Assembly: GCF_009914755.1 (NCBI RefSeq)
Contig: NC_060946.1
Source of the DNA: the human T2T-CHM13v2.0 reference genome, Homo sapiens
Reading direction: 5' to 3' (one strand)
DNA length: 64,000 bases
Part shown: positions 44,100 to 60,310 of the stretch, piece after piece
Numbering within the stretch: position 1 is the stretch's first letter
Layout: each line of letters begins with the position of its first letter
The notes under the pieces: generated by a model
Told to the model about the DNA's origin: nothing
Databases searched by the model: none
What the model saw: only the letters and a program-made list of their open reading frames with translations
Made by a program: the position numbers and the translations under genes

Positions 44100-47000
44100 A
44101 CTGTAAGTATAACTGAACTCACTTCAGATGCATTTAGAATATTTGCATAAAAGATGATTGGATTTTGGCTGCTCCAGAAACTACTGGAAGAAGGAAAGAG
44201 TTACTAGAATTCAGATAAACCACAATGACTCGTTACTTCTCTTTGTTACTATTGGGAATCAGAGACATAGATTTTGTTGATATCAGTCATTCAAATGAAA
44301 TAAGCATGAATGTGCATACATTGGCTTTGTTTTCCAAGGAGCTAACTTTTGGATACAATAGCAATTTAATGAAAATTCCTTAGAGAATAACATGTTACTT
44401 CAAACCAGACTATTTTAGAAACAAGAATAATGTTGAATTCATTAATTGATTCATAAAATGGTTATCTTCAATGAATATTGGAGTCATTCCCAAATGTGAA
44501 AGCTTATTAATATCTAATGCTTGTAGCAGTTTTATTTTGTAGAAATATGTCAATATTGATAAGTGATGATACTTTTTATTGAGTTTTACATATTATACCT
44601 TATTGCCGTGAGTGGATGAAAAAACTTTCAGAAGGCTGAACTAGAGAACACAAGAAACTTGGGCAATAATTACACCACATGAGTCTGAGAAATAATGAAT
44701 ACTGTCTACTAGGGTTCACCAAACATATATCCAAGCTGATCAATTTAGGACAGTTCCACTGAGGAGATGTGAAGTGTACATTCAGCTGAAGCGTCATCGT
44801 AATTGTGTACCTTCTCAGTTATTGGGCAAGTTAAAGAGCATGATGAATGGTTGTAGTATAATAGTGTATTTACTTCTCATCTCTTGCACTAAAGACATGT
44901 GAGAGCACGTACCACCTGCTTTGACATTGATTCCCAGGTGCATGAGTTGCTCCTCTGTTTTTAGACCACATTTGTTTTTATCCCTCCGCATATCCACATT
45001 GATACTGACACTGTTTCATTTTAGTTTTAGACATATGACAAATCATATCGCGTTTGAAATTGTAAGTGTATATTTCATGAAGCCTGTATTGGTGTTTTCT
45101 TCAGTGTGTTTCTGTCATATTCCAGTCCCAAGACACAAAGTATAAAACATAAAAACCTAAACTAATAGGGGCAGGAGGATACAGCTTGATGGTAACAGTG
45201 CATGAATGTATGGATAATTTTATCATATTTACATATGACTGATTATGTATCCCTTTTGCTTTTCAGTGTCTTCTCAGAAACAAGCAGCCTTGAAGGTAAT
45301 TACACATTCATTTCTGTTGTGAACTATTAACTATATAGTCTGTGAAATATACTTTATGTATTGATTATTTTGTTTCAAATCCCATTCAGGCTACAAGTGA
45401 CAAGAAAGATTCTGTTTCGAATATAGCCACAGAAATAAAGGATGGACAAAACTCTGGGACAGGTAATTTTGCAATACACATTTAATGTCATGTTCACTTA
45501 GGGTAGAAGAGAACTTCTCTTCCCTGAATAAATCGCAGGGGGCTCATTGAATCTGCACATTCTGATTCAGCAGGCCTGAGATCCTGCTTTTGTAATAAGT
45601 TCTCGGGTGACGCTGATGCTGCTGGTCCTTGGCCATGATCTGAGTAGTAAGATTATATTCTTCCCCACAGTGAAATTGGCAAGAACGATTGGAGAGCAGT
45701 GCAAGATATAACAGGCTAAGGGACAGCATATTCTTGCTTTAATTCTACAGCATGTTTCCATCGTAAAGGGAAGGAGAACGAGATTAAGTAATAAAAATTA
45801 TAGGCGTCAGATCATATTGTTAAAACCACATGGAAGAAGTGATTGGAATAACCCATAAACAATGTAGAAACAGAACTAAGGAGACGTCTGATGTGGTAAT
45901 TATTTTACTCAAGGAAGAAGGATTGAGAGGCAAGAAGGAGGGAAAAGAAGATGTTATTTATGTAATTTTGGGGTTTCTGCTGCAGAAACCTGATGGGACT
46001 CACTTCAGATGCATTTGGAATATTTGCATAAAAGAAGATTAAATTTTGGCTGCTCCAGGAACTACTGGAAGCAGGATAGAGTGCTAGAATTGTGATGACC
46101 CACAGTGACTCATTACCCCTCTTTGTTACTATTGGGCATCAGAGATATATGTTTTGTTGGTATTAGCTATTCAAATAGGATAATCATGAATATGCATACA
46201 TTGGCTTTGTTTTTCAAGGAACTAACTTTTGGATAAAATAGCAATTTAATGAAAATACTTTAGAGAATAACACGATCCTTCAAACCAGACTATTTTAGAA
46301 ACAAAATAAAGTTGAATTCATTAATTGACTCCTAAAGTGGTTATTTTCAATGAATATCAGAGCAATTTCCAAATGGAAAAGCTTATTCATATCTAATGTT
46401 TTTAGTAACTTTATTTTGTATCAGTATGCCAAATTTGATGGTTTATTATACTTTTTGATGAGGTTTATATATTATACCTTCTTGCCATGAGTGGATGAAG
46501 AAACTTTCTGAAGGCTAAACTAGAGGATACGAGAAATGCAGGCACAGTATGACACCACAGCGGTGTGAGAAATAAGGAATATTATATGCTAGGATTCACC
46601 AAACATATATTTAAGGTGATCAATTAGGGACACTTCCACAGAACACTTGAGAAGTGTACATTCAGCTAAAGTGCCATTGTCATTGTGTACCTGCTCAATT
46701 GTCAGTCAAGTTTAAGAGCGTGATAAATATTTGTAGTATAATGGTATAAATCCCTCTGATGTCTTACATGAAAAACATGCAGGAGCATTAATCACCTGCT
46801 TTGACATTGATTCCCAAGCGTATGAGTTGCTGCTCTGATTTTAGATCACATTTGTCCTCATCACTTGGCATATCCACATTGATATAGACACTGTTTTATT
46901 GTAGTAATAGACATATGAATAATAATATCACATATGAAATTGGAAGTGTTTGTTCCGTGAAGACTATACTTCTGTTTTCTACAGTGTAATTCTGTCATGT

Positions 47001-48659
47001 TCCTGTCCCAATACACAAAGTAGAAAACATCAAAGCCTACGCTAATTCAGGCAGGAGGATACAGCTTGATGCTAACACTGCATGAAAGTATGGATAACTT
47101 TATCATATTTACATACGAGTGATTATGTATCCCTTTTGGTTTTCAGTGTCTTCTCAGAAACAACCGGCCTTGAAGGTATTACACTCTTCATTCATATTTT
47201 GAATTATTAACTGTATAGTCTATGAAATATACTGTATGTATTGATTATTTTGTTTGAAATCCCATTCAGGATACAAGTGACAAGAAACATTCTGTTTTGA
47301 ACATAGCCACAGAAATAAAAGATGAACAAAAATCTGGGACAGGTAATTTTGCAATACACATTTAATGTCATGTTTTCTCAAGATAGAGGAGAACTTCCCT
47401 TCCCCTAATAAATCAGCAGGGGGCTCATTGAAGCTGCTCTTTCTGATTCAGCGGGCCTGAGATTCTGCATTTGTAATAAGTTCTGGAGTGATGGTGATTC
47501 TGCTGATTTTTGGCCATGATCTGAGTAGTAAGATTATAGACTTCCCTACATTGAAATTGGGAAGAAGAACCACTGGAGAACAGTTCAAGACATAACAGGC
47601 TGAGGGGACAGCATAATTGTGCTTTAATTCTACAGCATGTTTCCATCAAGAGGGGAAGGAGAACAAGATGAAGTACTAGAAATTATAGGCGCCAGATCAC
47701 ATTGCTAAAACCAGAGGGAGGAAGTGATCGTAATAAGCCATAAACACTATAGAAGGAGAAGTAACGAGACCGCTGATGTAGTAATCATTTTCCTCAGGGA
47801 AGAGGGATTGTGAGGCAGGAAGAAGGGAAAAGAAGTTATTTAATTTTAGGGTTTGTACTGAGGAAACCTGAGGGAACTCACGTCAGATGCATTTAGAATG
47901 TTTGCATAAAGGAAGATTTGATTTTGGCTGTTCCAGGAACTACTGGAAGGAGGATAGAGTGCCAGAATTGTGATAAACCACAGTCACCTGTTACCCCTCT
48001 TTGTAATTATTGGGCATCAGAGATATATGTTTTGTTGTTATCAGTTAGTCAAATGAGATAAATGTAAATATGCATACACTGGCTTTGTTGTTCAGAGAGC
48101 TAACTTTTGGATAAAATAGCAATTTAATGAAAATACTTTAGAGAATAACATGATCCTTCAAACCAGACTTATTTTAGAAACAAAAATAATGTTAAATTCT
48201 TTAATTGACTCCTAAAATATTTATTTTTAATGAATATTGGAGTGATTTCCAAATGAACAACCTTATTCATATCTAATGCTTGTAGCCACTTTATTGCGTG
48301 TAAGTATATCAAATTTGATAATTTTTTATACATTTTGATTAGGTTTGTATATTATACCTTGTTCCCATGAGTGACTGACAAAACTTTCTGAAGGTTAAAC
48401 CAGAAAATACAAAAGTGTAGGCTCATTATTATACCACATGGGTATGAAAAATAATGAATACCATATAATAGGATTCACCAAACAGATATCCAAGCTGACC
48501 AATTCGGGACACTTCCACTGAGGAGCTTTGAAGTGTACATTCATCTAAAGTGTTATTGTCATTGTGCACCTGCTCATTTGTCAGGCAAGTCAAAGAGCAT
48601 GATGAATATTTGTAGTATAATGGTTTAAACCCTTCTGATGTCTTGTATGAAAGACATGC

Positions 48660-48660
<1 letters not shown>
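44100..48660 (+). repeat. ANKRD36-type ~1.88-kb genomic tandem repeat (~2.4 units); each full unit carries a 29-nt and a 73-nt exon plus a MER5A-like fragment
   Basis: aactcac(t/g)tcagatgcattt at ~44117, ~45998 and ~47876; exon pairs 1880 bp apart. Confidence 0.9.
45545..45645. mobile_element. MER5A-like DNA transposon fragment (second copy ~47425-47525)
   Basis: ttctgattcagcaggcctgagatcctgc...aataagttctcgggtgacgctgatgctgctggtcc. Confidence 0.65.
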
Positions 48661-49050
<390 letters not shown>

Positions 49051-51872
49051 TTTATGTTTTTAATATTTTATAAGTTCCTATTGATTTAAAATGCATTTTA
49101 CATTTTGTTTAATAGTGCTTCCTGCTGTTGAACAGTGTTTAAACAGGTATGATTTCACAGATTTTTTAAAGTGATATGTTAACTTAGTGAATAGAGAGAA
49201 TAGAAACTAGTATCCGTTTGGTGTTCTCCTCTGTGCTAGACACCATATTACATGCTTAATATTTATCATGTCATGTCGTCTCCACACAGCTTTACAAACT
49301 ATTTGTGCTATTATTGCTTTTTTACTAATTAGACAACTCTGCTTTAAAGAGGTTGAAATATTGGCTCATGATTCCACAGTTAACAGGTAGCCAACCCATG
49401 ATTTGGCCATCATCCTGCCTGGCTCTCTAACCACTTCATTTGCCCCTAAGCATAGATGGATACAGACCTATGCAGCAGTGTGATCACGATACTGGTTTAA
49501 CTCAGATCAATTCAGAAAGTCACATTTTGTTATATATTAACTCTCTTTAGAGTGTTCCTTAGAAGCCTGGATACTCTAAAAGTTTGTCCAAATATTTTGG
49601 AAATGGCAGTGGTAACCATATTACATTTTTTTTTAACCATCAAAATTTTAAAGGCAGGCATCAGTTACCTGTGGCCACAGGACCCTAAGATTTTTGTAAG
49701 CAAGACCAGGTCAGTCCTAGAAAAAATATTATCTTACTGTGCATGGAGATTATCTAAAGATAGACCATGTTATGTTAACTATATTTAGCATATATTAAAA
49801 GGATATTTCTAATTCATTTCTCTACTTACTGCCTACCCAGTTAGGATTTCTCTTTAAGTGAGTACCCTGCCTAGTTCGCTGAAGCTTTTTCTTATTTTCT
49901 GGATTCTTTTATTTTCCTTCTATGACATTTTAATACTTTCTTGATTTCTTTTTACTTCTCTTCTGCTTTTCTTATGATCTTCTATTATAGTTTTCGGGAA
50001 CGGCAGCTAAATATTCCCCATTTTTCTATAGACAAAATCAGAGGTGCATAGAATTTCAGAATGTTAAGAAATCCTAGAGACTAAACAAAATATCCTCTAG
50101 TACTTGAATCCTTGCTTAACATCCTGATCAAGTGGTTGTTCAGGTGGAGAACCTGAAACTCAAAGAGAAAAAATTATTTGGATACAGTAAATCAGAGAAA
50201 TGAGAATTGCACTCAGCTTTCTTTGTTCAAAACCCAGTCTTCTTTTACATTCTGTCATTGAGCGATTTTAGTTTTAGAAAGAGGGAGTGGCTCTAGTGAA
50301 CACAGTGGAAGAGGATGAGAATGGAATGAGCTGTTGAACCCAATGAAAGTGGATAAGAATGGAATTTGCAGGGGACAGCCAAATTTGAAGAGAAACAAAC
50401 CCTTAGTTGGATGGAAATGAGGGTTTTAGGAAAAAATCCGAATGTTTGGCTTTATTACAAGTTTGATAAAGATAAGGGAATTGAAAACACAGGATGTCGG
50501 GAGCTATCAGGAAAGGCATATTAGAATACGGCATTCAAGGAATTCTGAAGTGGTTGCTGCCTTTTTGTTTGTTTAACTGGAGGAACTGACAAACTTCAAG
50601 GTTTTATTGAAAAATGTTAAAAGAATTTGAGCCACTGGAAATAGTCTCCGGAGCAGATAGGAATGTGGTATCATCTTCTTCCATCCCAGCTTACAGAGGC
50701 CTTAGAATCCCTCAAGGACTAGGGAGCTGGAGATTGCTTAAGTACATAGATCTGTGACCCAGAGTGGATGTCTCTTTTTTTCTGACTCTTTTCTCAATTC
50801 TCTCATGTACATGTAGGGTAGGGCAAATGTAGGATTGGCCAGCAAACCAGCAGTGAAGCTTCATTTGGGTAGTTGGTAACATGCGTATGCTTGGGGTGGA
50901 TGACTGAGACTAACTTACTTTCCAGAAGCAGAGGAATAGAGAGCTCCTACTCTCAATTATGTTAGCCCGTCTTTTGAGGAATCTGGGCTTTCCTAGGCTG
51001 AAGATGTAGATTGGAGATTGCCACGGATCCCTGCAGAAGAGGGATCCAGAAGTGGGAGCCCATAGGAAGGAAGATACTTAGATAGTGATGAATGAAATGG
51101 AGCTATAAGTACTTAGGAGGGAGACTTTTCCAGCAGTCTCTCTCTTGCGTATCTGAGTGTCTATGAAGGTTCTTAAGCTTGCTGGTTTTTGTGGATCTGA
51201 ATAAGGCAGGATCTATATAATGACAATAATTGGATTTTAAAATTTTTAATATTTTAATCTTCTGTGAAGAATATTCCCACTAACAACCTAAAAACATATA
51301 CATTTGTACTTTGACTTTTGTACACTCAGCTTTCAAACATTTTCAGTGTTTCAGGGGGCTCCCTGTAGTGTTCTAGGGTGAAGAGAATCAATGGGCCCTC
51401 TTTAAGTACCTTACATGCTGAAGATCCAAGACTCCCATTTTCCAGTGACACAGATTAGTCTTTGAATCAGAAATAGATAATGCAGAAGAGACAGTGCCTT
51501 TTCTACCTTGTTTTAGGTTATCAGGTTTACTGCAGTTCAGTAACAAAAGTTGTGTCAGATATCAACTGGATTTTCAGTTTAGCCTTTAGGGTAGATAATT
51601 TATAAGGACAAATTATTGTCTGGCCGTGCCGTTATAATGCCTGTCACTATTTGTTATGGGTTTAAGGGTGAGTCTGCATTGGATATTTCATAGGTTGGGA
51701 GAGGTGGAGGCAGAAATAGGTAACTGAAATGTTTTCTAAAACGGAAGCCATATCTTAATTATACCAAGAAATACTATTTAATATGCAGATAACTGAGTTT
51801 CCTCAGACTTTGTTTTACCATTTTTTTGGAGGCGACACGCATGTATAGACTGACGGTTTTTGTTTTCTTTGA

Positions 51873-52019
<147 letters not shown>

Positions 52020-52554
52020 TGAATCTCAGTTTTTATATTATTTTCTTCTAAAACTTAACAGTTGTCTACCTATCATTGTTTTATGTTAGTATTAAAACGT
52101 TTATTAGAGATAACCATTTTAAAGAAATGGGAGGGGTTAATTTTATTTTTTTTTACTTTAGCAAATAATAAATAGTTGATAAATTCTTTGAGAGGTGTGA
52201 TCTGAAAAAAAAATTGCTGGAAAATACACAGTGACAGAAAAATGATGTTTGGGAATGCTTTCCCACAACACAGGAGATACCAATTTTGGTCTAGGCTTAT
52301 TTGAGTGTTTTTACTTTGAGTTGTATATCATATGAGTATGACTAATAATATCTCTGTTTAAATGAATCTTTAATACATCAGATGACTTATCATAGAAATC
52401 ATGGAATCACTCTGTTACACATAGCATGTGGTTTCTTTTTATTTCTTGTACACATGTTTTGATATCATACACTATTTTTGCAGAGAGCTATTTCCTTATT
52501 TTTATTTGTGGCTCTATAATTAGACTAAAATCATATTAGAAATTGTGGAAATGT

Positions 52555-52670
52555 AACTAGACATGGTATCATGTCCATGTAGTCCCACCTATTCAAGAGA
52601 TCAAGCCAGGAGAATTTCTTGAGCCCAGGAGTTTAAGACCAACCTTGGCAATATAACAAGAGCTTATCTC
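52555..52670 (+). mobile_element. FLAM-like monomer (duplicate at ~57935-58050)
   Basis: catggtatcatgtccatgtagtcccacc...cttgagcccaggagtttaagacc. Confidence 0.7.
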
Positions 52671-54590
52671 TAATTTTAAAAAGTTGTGGAAGTCTAGAAA
52701 TGTAAATTCTGTTCTCAAATCTGTATTAGAGAAGGTTTACACAGTGTTTTCCAAGGCTTTTTTATTTAGAGTATACTTTAAACTCTTTATTTAATTGAAA
52801 AATATGCATTTTTGTTTAAAGTAACCTGTCTGATAAACAGAGACTCTTCATATTCTTATGGTCAGACTTTAATTTCACAAGGCTTTTGCATTGTAATTAA
52901 AAAGAATCCACTCAGGGTCTTTGTATCTCATTCTAAATTTCAAATTTCAGAGGTTTTTGTGCTTAGTTATTGAAAAAATAATTGTAAAGCTCCTGCATTA
53001 CTACCAGCAACTTGAAACTAGAAAACCTATTTGTATGTATCCTGGAATACACAGAATAAGATCTTGCATGTAAGAAACATTTTAATAGTTTTTAATGTGA
53101 ATCAACAAACAGGCAAATGGGCTTTTTTATAATAGAATGTTACAGGTAACATAATATGCATGACATATCTAATAATTAAATCTATTAAATTTCTTGAGTG
53201 TTTTGAATTTATCTTTTCTTCTAATGTTGAGAATGTATAAGTTGAGGTGACTTATGTTGAGAAAATATGTCATATAGAAGAAAATAAAATTTAGAAAAGA
53301 TGAAAAGGAAATAGGAAAGGTGGATACAGCCTGTTTTCTAATATCTTCCAACTGGAAGCTTAGATTAGGATTTTAGATTAAATTTTCTTAAATTTTTAAA
53401 GACCCAATCATGTTCTATTAAATACCTGTTTTTCAGGACATACATTACTCTTTCAAATTCTGAATAAAAATTCTTTCTCCAGCTGTTAAGTTGCTGGAAT
53501 TTTTTTTTCCCTCTCTCTCTCTGTAGTAAGAATGTTTCAACTTTCAGATCAATCATCATGGTTAACTCTTGGGATGTGTTATTTTATAGTAAACAAATGA
53601 AACTCTTTCTTACATAAGTATTTACACAAAACAAATTGTCTAGTAAAGGCTAACCAGTATTATTAAGCATATATTATGAACACAAGGTTTTCTTTTAAGC
53701 TCATATTTGATTGACTGGTCATGTCTCTTTTTCTGTTTGTTTCTCCCTCCTTCCCCTTTGTTTAAAAATGATTTACCTCAGTCTAACTTTCTCCTTGCAG
53801 CCCACATGTCTTTAGTGTCTATTCTTTCATTTCACTTCTGTTTCTATTGTCAGGATACTTAGTTACAGCTTTCTATTTAGTAGCTATGTGTGGCCTTCAT
53901 TCATGAATCATTGCTCCGTAAGGTGGATGGTTGCTTTGTTCTGTCTTTTTTGGAAGGAGCTTAAGTTATACTATAATTTGTTTTTAGCTTTTGACACACT
54001 GAATAGAAGCAACTTGTACTGTTTCTGATGCCAACCCATTTAAATATAGTACTACTAAAAACTACATTCTCACTTTTTTTCCCACAAAATGCAATTCGCA
54101 CAAATATACATCATGCATAGCTATTTTGAAAAATAATGTGATTTACTTTTTTATTATTAGTTTTATTCGCTAATACTCTAAATTACATAGGGTACATTTT
54201 TGTCCTAGTTTGTTGTGGCTAATAAAAGAAACTAATGGATATCATAGTATTTGTATAATAATCAACTGGGGTTGAAAGGAGTAACATTTTGAAAATATCT
54301 GTCTCACCAATCATAACCATCATGCCATGTGAATCTGTAGATAAGTAAATGGCAGACTTGAGGTTTGAATCTACATATGAGTGACTTCAACGTCCATACT
54401 TTTCCTGTTAGATCATGTTGTAATGGTGGGTATTATCATTATTTTAACTTGCCCCATGTTATTCTTAAACCTATTGTGTTTTTCTTCTAGACTATTTCAA
54501 AACTATACATCCCAGAGAGAAGGATTATTTCTCTATGATCGATAGAAGATGGTAAGCTATTTGAAGCCTGCCTATTGCAGTATTTACTGA

Positions 54591-54908
<318 letters not shown>

Positions 54909-57900
54909 TGTTGATTATTATTATTATTTTTATAAGGATAGAGTCTTGTTATTTTGCCCAGGCTGGTCTCAAACTCCTGGGCTTCTCAAGTTATACTTCT
55001 GCCTCAGCCTTCTGAGTAGCTGGAATTATAGGAACAAGACACTGTGTTCTTTTATGTTTTTAGTACTCTGTAGTTTTCTATTGTTGATTTAAAATGCATT
55101 TTACTTTTTCTTTCATAGGGCTTCCTCCTGTTGAAGAGTGTTTTGACAGGTAAGATTTCACAGATTTTTTAAAGTGATATGTTAACTAAGTGAATAGAGA
55201 GAATAGAAACTAGTATCTGTTTAGTGTTCTACTCTGTGCTAGACACCATATTACATGCTTAACATTTATCATGTCATGTCATCAGCACACAGCTTTACAA
55301 ACTATTTGTGCTATTATTGCTTTTTTACTAATAATAGACAACTCTGCTTTAAAGAGGTTGAAATATTGGCTCATGATTCCACAGTTAACAGGTAGCCAAC
55401 CCAAGATTAGACCATCATCCTGCCTGGCTCTCAAATCACTTCATTTGCCCCTAAGCATAGATGGATAGAGGCCTATGCAGCAATGGGATCACGGTACTGA
55501 TTTACATCGGATCAATTCAGAAAGTCACATTTTGTTATATAGTAACTGTCTTTAGAGTGTTATTTAGAAGCCTGGCTACTCCAAAAGTTTGTCCAAATAT
55601 TTTGAAATGGCAGTGGTAACCATATTACTTTTTTTTTAATCATCAAAGTTTTAAAGGCAGTTATCAGTTATCTGTGGCCACAGGACCCTAAGTTTTTCAT
55701 AAGCAAGACCAGGCCAGTCCTAGAAAAATATTATCTTACTGTGCTTGGAGAATATCTAAATATAGTCCATGTTATGTTAACTATATTTAGCATATATTAA
55801 AAGGATGTTTCTAATTCATTTCTCTACTTACTACCTACCCAGTTAGGTTTTCTCTTTCAGTAAGTACCCTGCCTGGTTCTCTGAAGCTTTTTCTTATTTT
55901 CTGGATTCTTTTTTTTCCTTCTGTGACATTTTAATAATATTTTCTTGATTTCTTTTTACTTTCTCCTCTGCTTTTCTTAGGGTTTATGATCTTCTATTAT
56001 AGTTTTCATTTAAGGCAGCTAAATATTCCCCATTTTCCTATAGACAAAATCAGAAGTGCATAGAATTTCAGAATGTTAAGAAATCCTAGAGACTAAACAA
56101 AATATCTTCTAGTACTTGAATCCTTGCTTAACATCCTGATCAAGTGGTTGTTCAGGTGGAGAACCTGAAACTCAAAGAGAGAAAATTATTTGGATACAGT
56201 AAATCAGATAAATGGGAATTGCACTCAGGTTTCTTAGTTCAAAACCCAGTCTTCTTTTACATCATTCTGTCATTGAGTGATTTTAGTTTTAGAAAGAGGG
56301 AGTGGCTCTGGTGAACACAGTGGAAAAGGATGAGAATGGAATGAGCTGTTGAACCCAATGAAAGTGGATAAGAATGGAATTTGCAGGGGACAGACAAATT
56401 TGAAGATGTAGATTGGAGATTGCCATTGATCCCTGCAGAAGAGGGATCCAGAAGGGGGAGCCCATAGGAAGGTATTTAGATAGTGATGAATGAAATGAAG
56501 CTGTAAGTACTCAGGAGGGAGACTTTTCCAGCAGCCTCTCTCTTGAGTATCTGAGTGTTTATGAAGGTTCTTAAGCTTGCTGGTTTTTGTGGACCTGAAT
56601 AAGGCAGGATCTATATAATGACAATAATTGGATTTTATAATTTTTAATGTTTTAATCTTCTGTGAGGAATATTCCCAGAGTACATTTGTACTTTGATTTT
56701 TTACACTCAGCTTTCAAACACTTGCAGTGTTTCAGGGGGCTCCCTGTAGAGTTCTAGAGTAAAGAGAATCAATGGGCAATCTAAGTAGCTTACATGCTGA
56801 AGATCCAAGACTCCCATTTTCCAGTGACACAGATTAGTCTTTGAATCAGAAATAGATAATGCAGAAGACACAGTGCCTTTTCTACCTTGTTTTTGGTTAT
56901 CGGGTTTACTGCAGTTGAGTAACAAAAGTTGTTTCAGATATCAATTGGATTTTCAGTTTAGTCTTTAGGGTAGATAATTTATAAAGACAAATTATTGTCT
57001 GGCCGTGCCATTGTAATGCCTGTCACTATTTGTTACGGGTTTAAGGGTGAGTCTGCATTGGATATTTCATAGGTTGGGAGAGGTGGAGGCAGAAATAGGT
57101 AACTGAAATGTTTTCTAAAACGGAAGCCATATCTTAATTATACCAAGAAATATTATTTAATATAAGGATAACTGACCTTCCTCAGACTTTGTTTTACCAT
57201 TTTTTTGTGGAGGGGACATGCATGTATAGACTGATGGTTTTTGTTTTCTTTTAAGAAACGAACGTGCTCATTTTTGTCATATCTTTTTGCTCTGTAGGTG
57301 TCGCTACCTACTGGATAGTGTTGCACAGCCTGTGACAAAGGATAAGTTTGCTTTGGAATCTGAAGTAGAGTACTGTCTCGTGAAATTAATTTTCTCTTTC
57401 TGAATCTCATTTTTTGTATTATTTTCTTCTAAAACTTACCGATTGTCTATCTATCATTGTTTTATGTTAGTATTAAAACTTTTATTAGAGATAACCATTT
57501 TAAAGAAATAGGAGGGGTTAATTTTAATTTTTTTTTTCACTTTGCAAATAAGAAATAGTTGATAAATACGTTGAGGGGTGTGATCTGAAAAAAAAAATAC
57601 ATAGTGACAGAAAAATGTTGTTTGGGAACGCTTTCCCAGAAGAGAGGAGATACAAATTTTGATCTAGGCTTATCTCAGTAAGTGTTTTTACTTTGAGTTG
57701 TATATCATATGAGTATGACTAATAATACCTCTGTTTAACTGAATGTTTGTTACATCAGATGACTTATTATGGGAATCATGAAATCACCCTGTTACACACA
57801 GCATATAGTTTCTTTTTATTTCTTGTACACCTATTTTAACATCATACCATACTTTTGCAGAGAGCTATTTCTTTATTTTTATTCTTGGTTCTATATAATT

Positions 57901-59995
57901 AGACTAAAATAATATTAGAAATTGTGGAAATTTAACTAGACATGGTATCATGTGCCTGTAGTCCCACCTATTCAAGAGATCAAGCCAGGAGAACTTCTTG
58001 ATCCCAGGAGTTTAAGACCAAGCTTGGCAATATAGCAAGAGCTTATCTCTAATTTTAAAAAATTGTGGAATATTAGAAATTTAAATTCTGTTCTCACACC
58101 TGTATTAGAGAGGGTTTACCCTGTGTTTTCCAAGTCTTTTTTATTAAGAGTATACTGTAAACTCTTTATCTAATCGAAGAATATGCATTTTGTTTAAAAT
58201 AACAACCTGTTTGATAAGCAGAGACTCTTCATATTTCTGTGGTCAGACTTTAACTTCACAAGATTTTTGCATTGTAATTAAAAAAAAATCCGGTCGGGGT
58301 CTTTGTATCTCATTCTAAATTTCAAATTTCAGAGGCTTTTGTGCTTAGTTATTGAAAAAATAATTGTAAAGCTCCTGCATTCGTATGAGCCACTTGAAGC
58401 TAGAAAAACTATTTGTATGTATCTTGAGTACCCAGAATAAGGTCTTGCATGTAAGAAACATTTTATTAGTTTTTAATGTGAATCAGCAAACAGGGAAATG
58501 GGCTTTTTTTAATGGAATGTTACAGGTAACATAATATGCATAAGATATCTAATAATTAAATCTATTAAATGTCTGGAATGTTCTGAATTTATCTTTTCTT
58601 CTAATGTTGAGAAGCTATAAGTTGAGTTGAGTTATGCTGAGAAAATATGTCATAGAATAAAATGAAAATTGGAAGAGATGGAAAGGAAATAGGAAAGGTG
58701 GATACAGCGTGTTTTCTAATATCTTCCAACTGGAAGCTTAGATTGGGATTTTAGATTAAATTTTCAAAGCCCCAACCATGTTCTATTAAATACATATTTT
58801 TCAGGACATACATTACTCTTTTGAATTCTGAATAAAAATTCTTTCTCCAGGTGTTAAGTTCCTGGAATTCTATTGTTTTTTTTTTTCCTCTCTCTGTCAC
58901 TCTCTCTCTCTCTCTCTCTCTCTTTGTAGTAAGAATGTTTCAGCTTTCAGGTGAATGATCATGGTTAACTCTTGGGATGTGTTATTTTATAGTAAACAAT
59001 CTAAACTTTTTATTACGTAAGTATTTACACAAAACAAATTGTCGAGTAAATGCTAACCAGCATTATTAGGCATACATTATGAACACAAGCTTTTCTTTTA
59101 AGCTCATATTTGATTGACTGGTCATGTCTCTTTTTTTGTTTGTTTCTCCCTCCTTCCCCTTTGTTTAAAAGTGATTTACCTCAGTCTAACTTTTTCCTTG
59201 CAGACCACATGTCTTTAGTGTCTATTCTTTCATTTCACCTCTGTTTCTGTTGTCAGGATACTTAGTTACACCTTTCTATTTAGTAGCTATGTGTGGCTTT
59301 CATTCGTGAATCATTGCTCCATAAAGTGGATGGTTGCTTTGTTCTGTCTTTTTTGGAAGGAGCTGAAGTTATACAATAATTTGTTTTTAGCTTTTGACAC
59401 ACAGAATAGAAGCAACTTATACTGATTCCGATGCTAGCCCATTTAAATATATTACTACTAAAAACTACATTCTCACATTTTTTTCCCACAGGAAGTAATT
59501 CACACAAATATATATCATGCATAAATATTTTGAAAACTAAAGTGATTAATTGACTTTTTATTAGTTTTGTTCAGTAATACTCTAAATTACGTATGAGTAA
59601 ATTTTTGTCCCAGTTTGTTGTGGTTAATAAAAGAAACTAATGGATATCATAGTATTTGTATAATAATCAACCGGGTTGAAAGGAGTAACATTTTGAGAAT
59701 ATCTGTATCACCAATCATAATCATCATCTCATGTGAATCTGTAGATAAGTAAATGGCAGACTTGAGGTTTGAATCTACATATGAGTGACTTCAAAGTCTA
59801 TCCTTTTTGTGTTAGATCATGTAGTAATGGTGGCAATTATCATTATTTTAACTTGCTGCATGTTGTTCTTAAACCTATTGTGTCTTTCTTCTAGACTATT
59901 TCAGAACCATACTTTACGAACAGAAGGACTATTTCTCAACAATCTGCAGAAAAGTGTAAGCTATTTGAAACCTGACTATTGTATTATCTACTGAT

Positions 59996-60310
<315 letters not shown>

